The notes beneath the pieces are model-generated. The model did no database searches. It saw only the letters and a program-made list of their open reading frames with translations, and was not told the origin of the DNA. From the NCBI GenBank assembly GCA_037915935.1, contig JBAIYK010000040.1, positions 410-64,409 of the forward strand: DNA of 64,000 nt, in the 5' to 3' direction. The position numbers were made by a program, and so were the translations under genes. The DNA is from Solirubrobacterales bacterium. GTDB lineage: Bacteria; Actinomycetota; Thermoleophilia; Solirubrobacterales; Solirubrobacteraceae. Every line of letters begins with the position of its first letter. The stretch's first letter is position 1. Positions 23,042 to 31,045 of this stretch are shown one piece after another.

Positions 23042-23467
23042 TCAGCTCGAGGGCCGCAGCGGCCCATCAGGGTGAGGTGTCGTCAGAGGATCGGCATGCC
23101 GACTGACGATCTTCCACCCACCGCTGTCCAGACGAAACGTAGTCGTGACGCGCAGATCGAATGGCGCCAGTTCGTTGCGAGCGCCCACCTTGGTCTCCCA
23201 ATGCTCCTGCTCGAACAGCGCCACGAGGTCAGCGCCGGAGTAGCACGCGATCGCTTCGAATCGGACAGGCTTACCATCGCGGAAGTTCGACGATGCGAAG
23301 TCGAGCGCTTTGGAGACCGCCGTCCAGCCGCGCGACACGCCGCCGAACGGATTCGCCAACAACACATCCTCACTTCGTCCGTAGAGCGCCTTGATCGGCG
23401 CCGGATCACCGATCGCAAACGCGTCACACGCCGAGTGGTACTGCTCGATGACCTGCGCGATGTCCAT
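23042..23467 (-). CDS. SnoaL-like / NTF2-fold protein (DUF4440-like)
   Basis: Inner ATG (MDIAQVIEQYHSACDAFAIGDPAPIKALY...). The length and pattern fit small NTF2-like proteins. Confidence 0.55.
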   Translation of the reverse strand: MDIAQVIEQYHSACDAFAIGDPAPIKALYGRSEDVLLANPFGGVSRGWTAVSKALDFASSNFRDGKPVRFEAIACYSGADLVALFEQEHWETKVGARNELAPFDLRVTTTFRLDSGGWKIVSRHADPLTTPHPDGPLRPSS

Positions 23468-23623
23468 GCTCTGCGCTCCCCTGTTGCGTACCGTACCGGA
23501 CAGGCGTCCGGCGGGCCAGAGCCGGGTCCGATTCCAGACTCTGGACACTGCGCTCCGGATATCTGCTTGGCGTCTATGGCGTCTGTCTCACGCGGGGACG
23601 CTACACCCTCGCGTTTGCGCTGA

Positions 23624-24077
23624 AAGGACACTGACTATGGCGACCCACCTGCCAGCGTGCTCGTCGGCGAGCTGCTGCGCAAACGAGGCCGAGAGCTGTT
23701 CCTGCATCCAGCCCTGCATGTCGTCGTCGCCGGAGGACCAATGGAACGAGACCGAGCACGAGCTGACGCGCAGGCTCGACATCATGCAGAGCACACGACG
23801 CCTCACGCCTGACGGACGGCGCGTGCTGGAGCAGGCGACGCGCACCATGATCGACACTCAGGCCGTCGAGATCGTCGGTCCCGAGATGTACGCGGGCTTT
23901 GAGAAGGCAGCGCGGCGGCGGGTGCCCCGCGACCCGAAGGACTGGCCCGTAGTGGCCCTCGCGCTCCTGCTTGACGCCGCGATCCTCACTGGAGACAACG
24001 ACTTCCTCGGCTGCGGCTGCCAACCTGGACCGTTTGAGATCCTGCGAGGCCAACTCGAGGGCTCTGACCCTACATGA
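23624..24077 (+). pseudogene. PIN-domain (PIN_2-like) gene remnant, frameshifted near 23720-23735
   Basis: The C-terminal half in one frame (PRDPKDWPVVALALLLDAAILTGDNDFLGCG) fits a PIN C-terminus. The N-terminal-like part (DTDYGDPPASVLVGELLRKRGRELFLHPALHVVVA) lies in another frame and is preceded by an in-frame TGA. Confidence 0.45.
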
Positions 24078-24199
24078 CCCGCGAGGCGAGAACCCGAAGG
24101 CAGACCTTGCGTGGCTGCCGGATGCCAGCGCCGTTCTGGAGTCGCCGCGGCGAGCGGCGGCCCCGAGCTGGGGCGCCACACTGCTATGCAGGCCAGGAG

Positions 24200-24812
24200 G
24201 GGACGACTTGCTCCAGCGGCCCGAGGCCGCAAATAGAAGCAAATCGGGTCCTCCCGCGCGCCCTTGTGCTTTCGCATCTCGTCCAAAGCAGGCACCCGCC
24301 GAGGGCTGATAGAGACGCGTGCTCTGCTCACGCAAAGCAGAAATGCGAACCTGCCCGGGCCAGTCCGCGCGAGGCTCCCACAGTTCGGCCTCCGCGACCG
24401 CCAAGGCCAAAGCCGAAGCACGTCCCGCAGGTGCTCCTCGACGAAGCGGCCCGTCGCCTGAGTCGCGATCGCGACCCACACTTCCCTCGCCGGGCGCGAT
24501 GACGTGCAGACGAGAATCGACCAGCCTGCCGAACGAGACTGCGACATTGCGGCCTCGATGATCGAAGGCTTCGGCGAAGATGGGGGCGATCGAGTCGGGC
24601 GTCGTCGATGATGCGTTGCACTCGAGCGCGTCGCGGAGCCGGTCGTCGTTATCGGGCAGGAGCCGTCCCGCTCGATGTAGCGCAACGAAGAGCTCGTAGG
24701 CGTCCTTGCTGGAGCCCTCCTCGCGCTGCGCGCTGACGCAGAGCCAGAACCGTCCAGCATCGGCCTCCAGCCACGTCGCACCACGCCACCGTCCGTGGCG
24801 CAGCCGGTACAC
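24200..24812 (-). pseudogene. Unknown gene, probably frameshifted near 24480
   Basis: A protein-like N-terminus (MYRLRHGRWRGATWLEADAGRFWLCVSAQREEGSSKDAYELFVALHRAGRLLPDNDDRLRD) runs to about HVIAPGEG. Protein-like sequence then continues in another frame (EVWVAIATQATGRFVEEHLRDVL). The lower boundary is approximate. Confidence 0.3.
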
Positions 24813-24944
24813 CAGGGGACACTCGTTTGACAGGACGCGCTTCTGTCCGCGCGGGGGCCGTGTCCACTGTTCGGATCATAGACAGGTACAGAGGCGTGAC
24901 TCACTGACCGGGAGAGTTTGACTGTGGTGACTGATCTCGTGGGC

Positions 24945-24957
24945 TAAACTACGGGCG
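24945..24957 (+). promoter_or_regulatory. Candidate -10 (TAAACT, 24945-24950) placed 6 nt before the GTG start: possible leaderless transcript
   Basis: Spacing was read directly. There is no Shine-Dalgarno and no convincing -35. Confidence 0.3.
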
Positions 24958-25997
24958 TGGCCGACTCGGCTCTCTACTTTCCATACATCGAAGTGCCGGA
25001 AGATGTCTCGGTGTTGCGGGTCTTGCTGTACTGGGACACCCTTGGCGCGATCACCCCGAACGGGATACGGACCGGGCCATGGACCGACGAACTCGTAAAG
25101 GCAGAGCTGGTCAAGCCAATACGTCCCGGAGAGCATGTCAGCTCGTCGATCGTATTGCAAGATCTCGAAGAGTTGCTAGACGCCACGCCAGCGGAACGGT
25201 CACCAGCAGCACCGTTCTTCATCCACAAGGAGAAGACTAACTTGGACGTGGTCGAGTTGCTCGATGAACGAGGACTCGTGGCATCCTCTCCCCCCGCGAG
25301 TCATCGAGGTCGGTACTCCGGCGACTGGATTGCGGTCGAGGGAAATGCGGCCGCGTTGTATATGGCATATCTCGCGCTTCGTATATCGCAAAAGCATAAG
25401 CTCAAAATGGAGCCCATTACAGATCAAGCTCGCTATTTCGAAGCTGTAAGCGGGACGGGGAGTCTCTCGACTATCGCATCACTCGACCATCTGCGAGGAG
25501 CGGTACTACGAGGGGTGCTCCCGGCTCCCACCAAGTCGGTCTCGTTGAAGAAGCTGGTCAAGTTCAAGGAAAAGAATCGATCGTTGCTGCAGGCATTGAG
25601 GCGTGAGGTCGAGGCTCACGTTGTGACCTGTGCCCAGGAGGGCGATCCCGAATTGCGCAGACGGCTCGCCGAAGGTTTCTCGACGGACCTAGTGGAACGA
25701 GCGGAAGAGGCTCGTCGGCGGATGGATGAGAGCCGGTGGCCCACCGCGCAAGGGGTCGTTTGCGGGTTGCTCGAAGGTTCGCCGGGATTCGCGACAGGTC
25801 TGGCGATGAAATCGGTCGGCGTTGCGGCAACAGGCGCGGCGCCGATCTTGATCGACTGGATCAAGAGTCGGTCCCCCCGAGTGAACAGTGACATGCCAGC
25901 CACGTACGCGGTGCTTGCACATGACCATTTTGACGAAACGGCGACTAGCCGCGCGCGCCGCCCACGGCTCAAGGGGACTCTCGGGCGGCGACTGTAG
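24957..25997 (+). CDS. Hypothetical protein, 346 aa, no assignable family (gene 1 of candidate module)
   Basis: GTG start; clean ORF in a lower-GC segment with ordinary amino-acid composition (YFPYIEVPEDVSVLRVLLYWDTLGAITPNG..., KKLVKFKEKNRSLLQALRREVEAHV...). The C-terminal segment is Gly/Ala-rich and hydrophobic. Confidence 0.6.
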   Translation: MADSALYFPYIEVPEDVSVLRVLLYWDTLGAITPNGIRTGPWTDELVKAELVKPIRPGEHVSSSIVLQDLEELLDATPAERSPAAPFFIHKEKTNLDVVELLDERGLVASSPPASHRGRYSGDWIAVEGNAAALYMAYLALRISQKHKLKMEPITDQARYFEAVSGTGSLSTIASLDHLRGAVLRGVLPAPTKSVSLKKLVKFKEKNRSLLQALRREVEAHVVTCAQEGDPELRRRLAEGFSTDLVERAEEARRRMDESRWPTAQGVVCGLLEGSPGFATGLAMKSVGVAATGAAPILIDWIKSRSPRVNSDMPATYAVLAHDHFDETATSRARRPRLKGTLGRRL

Positions 25998-26143
25998 GGA
26001 TTAGCATAGGATGACTGAGGGCACCGGGTCTGGCGGAAGAGCGTGTGAGGGGGAACCCTGGGGTCTGTTGGCGGAGGCGAGTCGTGTCGTCATCGGGGCG
26101 GGTCGCGGCCGGCCTTCCACGCATCGAAACGCAGGTATGATCG

Positions 26144-27337
26144 GTGCCGATGAAGCCGGACACGCATATTCACCTGGGCCGCCAACGAAGCTCTAAACCG
26201 GTGGGAATATCCTCCAGCGGTCGCCAGGGCATGGACAATGATCGCATGCCACCAATTCCCTACCTAGATATACGCAATGAGCAGATGAGGGCTTTGGCGC
26301 ATGCGCTTGTCGATGGCGAGGAGCGCCACCTTGTTCTCTACGGCGCACCAGGGTCTGGGAAGACGAGCCTTGCTCGTATGTTCGCTCACCGCTACGAGCA
26401 TCACTTCACCGGCGGCAGTTACTTCCTCGACGTTTCGCTCTACTCACCGCTGACCATAGCGGTGCTCGGAACCATCAATCCGCGTCGGCCAGGGCTACTC
26501 GTGCTGGATGCAGTAGAGCACACGCCAATGGATGCGCTCACCGATTTCTTTGGCTTTCTTGCCGGGAACTATCCGCAGACACGACTCCTGATGACCTCCC
26601 GCGTCAAGCTCTTACCGACTCCGCAGACGACGGCGGTCGAGATGCCGCCGCTGACAGTCGCACAGGTTCTTGAACTGCTGCGCGCCGGCTTTAGCGGCGA
26701 TCCTGGCCGACTCGACGTATTGGTCGATCGGCTCGCCGGCAACGCGGCTGCCGTGGGGCTGATCTCCCAGCGCCTCGCTGCTGGGATGCCACCCGAGCGC
26801 ATTCTAGAATGGATCGAAGACCGCGCGCTGCCCGTGGCGAGAGATGCTACCGGCAAACCGCTAGGCGAGCAGGCTTCGCAGCGCCGCGAGTTCGACATTG
26901 CCATGACCGAGGTCAGCGACGAGCTGATCCAGCACCTCGTCGACCATCCCGAGCTGCTCTACGAGCTCGATCCCAGGAAGTTCGAGCAGCTCGTCGCGGA
27001 GCTCTACCGTCGCCGAGGATATGAGGCAACGCTGACCCCCGCCTCCGGTGACCAGGGGGTCGATGTCTACGTCGTCTCGCGCGATGGCATCGGCGAGACG
27101 CTCTGGGTCGTCCAGGCAAAGCGCTGGGCGGCTCACCGCAGGGTGGGCGCGGGCGTGGTTCGCGAACTCTACGGAACCATCGACATGGCGAACGCGAGCG
27201 CCGGCATCCTGCTGACCACGTCCTTCTTCGAGCCCGGTGCTCGCGCGATCGAGCGAGACCTGCGCTACCGCGTCAAGCTTGAGGACTATCTCAGCCTGCA
27301 GCAGATGCTGCGCGAGCCCGTCAACCGTAAGGGATAA
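26144..27337 (+). CDS. P-loop (NB-ARC/STAND-like) NTPase fused to a C-terminal Mrr_cat PD-(D/E)xK nuclease (gene 2 of candidate module)
   Basis: Walker A GAPGSGKT (26342-26365), Walker B GLLVLDAVEH, then TRLLMTSR. Mrr-type nuclease at about 26957-27298: FEQLVAELYRRRGYEATLTPASGDQGVDVYV...LWVVQAKRW...GILLTTSFFEPGA. Alternative starts at ATG 26150 and ATG 26231. Confidence 0.8.
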   Translation: MPMKPDTHIHLGRQRSSKPVGISSSGRQGMDNDRMPPIPYLDIRNEQMRALAHALVDGEERHLVLYGAPGSGKTSLARMFAHRYEHHFTGGSYFLDVSLYSPLTIAVLGTINPRRPGLLVLDAVEHTPMDALTDFFGFLAGNYPQTRLLMTSRVKLLPTPQTTAVEMPPLTVAQVLELLRAGFSGDPGRLDVLVDRLAGNAAAVGLISQRLAAGMPPERILEWIEDRALPVARDATGKPLGEQASQRREFDIAMTEVSDELIQHLVDHPELLYELDPRKFEQLVAELYRRRGYEATLTPASGDQGVDVYVVSRDGIGETLWVVQAKRWAAHRRVGAGVVRELYGTIDMANASAGILLTTSFFEPGARAIERDLRYRVKLEDYLSLQQMLREPVNRKG

Positions 27338-27551
27338 TGTGCGCACCGGCCATGAATGCATGTCCGGACACGATCACAGCTCGATCGTGGGCCTGTCCAC
27401 CTCCACCACTTGGGATCGGAAAGCGCATGCAGCGCTTGGAGGATGCGCTTGCTTGCAAGGTGCCAGCTATGCCCCCCGCCAACGCTGATCGCGAACGCAA
27501 TCGCCCCACGCGGTCATGGCCGGCTTACATACGCGACGATCCTGGGTACGC

Positions 27552-28220
27552 TCATTGGCATGTCGGTAGCTGCCTGGTCGCCAGCGGCCGACGGCCGGTA
27601 CTCTTTGTGATCGAGTAGCCAATCGCCTGACTGGACGACGGGACCCTGAGGGGCACCCCGTTTACGATCATTGTTACTGAGCTGTTGCCAAGAGTGATCG
27701 CAAAGCGCTTGGCGCGGTACACCTGGGTTGTGGAACCGGGCTGCAGTATTTTGCCTGGGATCAACTTGCGTCCGTTATCGCCAATCAGGCAAACGTATGC
27801 GTCGGTGGAGGCGCGCAGCGACAGGGTGACATCTGCGGCCGGAGATTTGGTGCGAGGCGAGGGTGGTGCTTCGTCTTGAGAAGACGGCATTGACTCTTTG
27901 AGAGGCTTCTCGGTGGCGCTAGTGCCAGATTTTTTAAGGGCGATATGCGGAGAGCTTGCGTTGGTAGATGGTCGCGTGCTTGAGGAGTTAGAGTGGAGAA
28001 TGTGTTCCAACGCGAGTACGACACCTCCTATCGCCAGAATGGCGGCTGCAAATGCCCCGACCGCGAGGACTCCGCGGTTGAATCCGGTAAGCAAAGCCCA
28101 GATCTGGACACGCAAGCTCGTGATGCGGCTGGTCTGTGCTGGTTTTGGGAGTGGTACCGCAGGAGGTTTGCGATCAGCGTTTGGGCTGCCAGATGAGGGC
28201 TCGTTCTTAGGGTCGGTCAT
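27552..28220 (-). CDS. Single-pass membrane protein with C-terminal RodZ_C (DUF4115)-like domain and no HTH
   Basis: 222 aa: Pro/Lys-rich N-terminus, TM segment (VLAVGAFAAAILAIGGVVLAL), Ser/Pro linker, then VTLSLRASTDAYVCLIGDNGRKLIPGKILQPGSTTQVYRAKRFAITLGNSSVTMIVNGVPL, matching the DUF4115 pattern. Confidence 0.6.
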   Translation of the reverse strand: MTDPKNEPSSGSPNADRKPPAVPLPKPAQTSRITSLRVQIWALLTGFNRGVLAVGAFAAAILAIGGVVLALEHILHSNSSSTRPSTNASSPHIALKKSGTSATEKPLKESMPSSQDEAPPSPRTKSPAADVTLSLRASTDAYVCLIGDNGRKLIPGKILQPGSTTQVYRAKRFAITLGNSSVTMIVNGVPLRVPSSSQAIGYSITKSTGRRPLATRQLPTCQ

Positions 28221-28502
28221 CGTGGGTTAGTTTCGTGCTACCTCGACAGTCCGCGCTCGGAGCGCGGCCAAATGTGCGCTCCCACCTCGAGGCGATCGGC
28301 GAGCGGACGTTGGCGGGGGGTCATCTTAGATCCTACGCCAGCGCTCACTTCTGCTCCGTGCGAAAGGGAGGCACCCGGCGAGCGGCGGCGATACTTTCGC
28401 GTTGACGAGCGGTGGTGGTCTCGGCGACGCTCTGCGCGTTGCCGTTTCGGCAGGGCGAAGCGGGAGCCCCAAGTCGGCCCCCGCATTCGCTGACTGGTCT
28501 TT

Positions 28503-29204
28503 TCAGAACTGTAGGCCGGCGCTGGCGGGCATCATCGGCGCTCGGCGTGAGCTCACGGCCGCGATGATCTCCTCTGTGTCGATTCCCTGTAGGTAGATGG
28601 AGGTCGTCCCGAGGTTGACGTGCCCGAGCTGGCGCTGGATGATGTTCAGCGGCACTCCTTCGCGTGCGAGCTCGACCGCGTGGGCATGGCGTAGCTGGTG
28701 CGGAGCGAACCGCCGCCGAACCCCGGCTTGCGCAGCGAGGCGACGAAGCTCGCTGCGTACCGCAGCACTCGACCACGGCCGGCCGCATGTCGGTCCGTCG
28801 ATCACGCAGAACATCGGCCCAACCGGCAGCTCGACGCGCACGGTGAGCCAGGGCCGCATCTGCTCCCAGCCCCAAGCATCCATCCCGATCTCGCGGCGCC
28901 GCCCGCCCTTGCCATTGCGCACAAGCAGCGAGCTACGTTGCGGGTCCAGGTCGCGTTCGCTCAGAGCGAGCGCCTCCTGAATACGCAGCCCGCCACGCCA
29001 GAGCACGACTATCAGCGCACGCAGACGAGCGCCGTGGCGGCTGGTGCCGGCCTCGCGCATCACCGCGATGATCTCCTGCACCGCGGGCGGGTCGGCCGGG
29101 TAGCGTAGCCCCTTATTGCGAGGCGGTCGTCCAGCGTGGTAGCCGGGCATCGCCGCTGGCGAGCGCCGACGCCCAGCAGAATCAAGGAGAGTCGAGACGG
29201 TCAT
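28503..29204 (-). CDS. Tyrosine recombinase/integrase, catalytic domain only (233 aa)
   Basis: RBS GGGAGGAGG upstream. Catalytic residues in GLRIQEAL (R), GKGGRRR (K), HQLRHAH (HxxR), LGH, and SIYL (Y). No N-terminal core-binding domain. Confidence 0.9.
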   Translation of the reverse strand: MTVSTLLDSAGRRRSPAAMPGYHAGRPPRNKGLRYPADPPAVQEIIAVMREAGTSRHGARLRALIVVLWRGGLRIQEALALSERDLDPQRSSLLVRNGKGGRRREIGMDAWGWEQMRPWLTVRVELPVGPMFCVIDGPTCGRPWSSAAVRSELRRLAAQAGVRRRFAPHQLRHAHAVELAREGVPLNIIQRQLGHVNLGTTSIYLQGIDTEEIIAAVSSRRAPMMPASAGLQF

Positions 29205-29310
29205 GGGAATCCTCCTCCCATCGCGGATCGATAGACCCCACTGCTCTACCAGCTCCCTCGCGAGGCCCAGGCGCCTCAGGAGGCCACGTCAGCGGTGCGA
29301 TGGACGCTAT

Positions 29311-29892
29311 CTATCGCTTCCGGGCTGGCTTGTCCTGGGGCGGACTGAAGCCAATCGGGCGCTTGGGCTTCGCGGGCGGCGAGATCAACTGACGCAGCGC
29401 CTTGAAGATCGCGTCGAGCTGTTCGTCGTGGCGGCCGAGCTTGGTCGTGGTCTCGCGCTCGAGGTCATCCAGTCGCCGCTCGAACGCCGCGTAGGAGGCG
29501 GCAACGCGCCGCAGCTCGACGAACGCACGCATGATCGCGATATTGACGGCGACCGCGCGCTCGCTACGGAGCACGCTCGAAAGCATCGCTACGCCTTGCT
29601 CTGTGAACACGTACGGCGCGTAGCGGCGTCCGCCGCGTCCGGCGTTTGACATCACAGATTGTGATCTCAAAGCGGCAGCCTCGTCCTTGCTGAGCCGGAA
29701 CATGAAGTCTGGGGGGAATCGCTCGCGATTGCGCGCGACCTGCTGGACCAAGCTGCGAGTTTCGACGCCGTACAGGCGAGCGAGGTCTTCGTCGAGCATC
29801 ACGTGGCGGTCGCGAACGAGGAGGATGTGCTGCTTGATAGCCGGGATCGGGATCAGCTCCACCGAGCTCGGCTGCTTGGACCGGTCCGCCAT
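29311..29892 (-). CDS. ORF6N (KilA-N-related) DNA-binding domain protein
   Basis: VMLDEDLARLYGVETRSLVQQVARNRERFPPDFMFRLSKDE...LRSQSVMS..GGRRYAPYVFTEQGVAMLSSVLRSERAV is the ORF6N signature. Co-oriented upstream of the integrase. Confidence 0.8.
   Translation of the reverse strand: MADRSKQPSSVELIPIPAIKQHILLVRDRHVMLDEDLARLYGVETRSLVQQVARNRERFPPDFMFRLSKDEAAALRSQSVMSNAGRGGRRYAPYVFTEQGVAMLSSVLRSERAVAVNIAIMRAFVELRRVAASYAAFERRLDDLERETTTKLGRHDEQLDAIFKALRQLISPPAKPKRPIGFSPPQDKPARKR
29645..29673. repeat. 29-bp repeat copy 1 containing a 27-bp near-palindrome (TTTGACATCACAGATTGTGATCTCAAA), inside the ORF6N gene
   Basis: Read directly. 12-nt arms with one mismatch around a 3-nt centre. Encodes the conserved LRSQSVMS. 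Confidence 0.85.
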
Positions 29893-29932
29893 CGCCGGCA
29901 GGGTGCCACAGGCAGCGGACACGCTCCTGGTC

Positions 29933-29961
29933 TTTGAGATCACAGATTGCGATCTCAAAGC
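29933..29961. repeat. 29-bp repeat copy 2 (TTTGAGATCACAGATTGCGATCTCAAA), 41-69 nt upstream of the ORF6N ATG
   Basis: 2 mismatches to copy 1. Direct orientation, exactly 288 bp away. Confidence 0.85.
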
Positions 29962-30145
29962 ACCTCGCCCATCGGGGCGTGCGGCTTTTGAGGACTCCAG
30001 ATGCGAACTGGCGTCGGATGCTCCCCGATGCGGAAGCAGGCGCCCTGTAAGCGCCAGCTACGCGGCTCTCGTCCCAAGCAGGCATCTCAGACCTTGGTCT
30101 CCCCGCGCTCGCTCGCGTGTGGAAGCAGCGGTCGGGGGCATCAGG

Positions 30146-30424
30146 ATGCACTGCAAGGGATCACTGATCTACCGGCGATTAATCAAGGCGAGAACCCTAA
30201 GCGTCATTACCACCCTGGCGACCGGTACGGTGGTGCTTAGCGCAACATTTCTGGATAAATTCTATACAGGCCATGAACTCCCATTGCTTGAAGCTTCGTG
30301 GATCCTCCTCGGGTTGTCGGTCGTGGCCGGCCTTGTTGGGATTGGTGACTACGTCAGCCAGTTTGCCGAGTCGACGTTGAAGGTATGGTGCACCACGATT
30401 GAGTTCGCGAGCTTCTTTCAATAG
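30146..30424 (+). CDS. Small membrane protein (92 aa, 2-3 TM)
   Basis: C-terminal part of ORF 29687..30424 starting at ATG 30146, in a low-GC segment. Hydrophobic segments TLSVITTLATGTVVLSATFL and WILLGLSVVAGLVGIG. Confidence 0.4.
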   Translation: MHCKGSLIYRRLIKARTLSVITTLATGTVVLSATFLDKFYTGHELPLLEASWILLGLSVVAGLVGIGDYVSQFAESTLKVWCTTIEFASFFQ

Positions 30425-30430
30425 CTACTT

Positions 30431-30832
30431 ATGGTCGCTGGCGTCGTCCTTTTCGCGATGATCGTTGTCGCAAACGTGAGTGGACATCCAGGAGTCGAAG
30501 TGGCAAGCGCCAAAGCGAGTCTCCAATACGGACAGGCCAAAGCCACGATCGTGTGTCCGGCCAGCACGTCGACTGGCTGTTCGGACGCAGTCGCCTTCGG
30601 GTTGCGACGGCCGCAAGGTAGCAAAAGCATTTCCCTTGGGACGGCAGCATTTGCGACGGAGCACCCCGGCGTGCTCACCGTATCGGCGCCTCTCGTGGTT
30701 GCGCGACGCTTGCGACGGAGACTAAGACGCGCCAAACCCGAAATCGTAGTTCGCGCACAAAGCCACCACGGCGGTGCGCAGACCGTTACGAGGGAATTTG
30801 CTGCGGTCATGGCTCACAGCAGTGGTGAATGA
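30431..30832 (+). CDS. Small anchored/secreted hypothetical protein (133 aa)
   Basis: N-terminal hydrophobic segment MVAGVVLFAMIVVANV, two Cys, and a beta-rich pattern. Starts 6 nt after the previous stop. Confidence 0.4.
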   Translation: MVAGVVLFAMIVVANVSGHPGVEVASAKASLQYGQAKATIVCPASTSTGCSDAVAFGLRRPQGSKSISLGTAAFATEHPGVLTVSAPLVVARRLRRRLRRAKPEIVVRAQSHHGGAQTVTREFAAVMAHSSGE

Positions 30833-31045
30833 CCAGCGACCTCGCGGCGGACGCCGGCTGACCCGAGCGGGAAAAGCTAAGCGCTGGGCCGCGGCAGCCG
30901 AGTCTGCGCCGGCTCATCTGTGCGGCGTCACCCGCGCCTCATGGTGGCTCCTCAGAGGTCTAGGTGCCCATACCAATCTGTGGCTACACCGAGGACGTTG
31001 ACTGGATCGATGAGCTTGCCGGTGACGCCTCGCTTTGAGGGTGCT

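Noticed and set aside
23601-24904. 403-aa and 348-aa minus-strand ORFs as intact genes
   Set aside because: Their distal parts run antisense to the PIN remnant with shadow-like composition. Only the proximal 110 codons or so look protein-like, so I treated this as a frameshifted remnant.
26011-26196. 61-aa ORF between the two genes of the candidate module
   Set aside because: Gly/Arg-rich, no RBS, and overlapping the possible upstream starts of the NTPase-Mrr gene. Probably non-coding.
27421-27437. Hairpin AAGCGC-ATGCA-GCGCTT as the terminator of the NTPase-Mrr gene
   Set aside because: The stem is short, no U-tract follows, and it lies 84 nt past the stop. Not supportable as a called feature.
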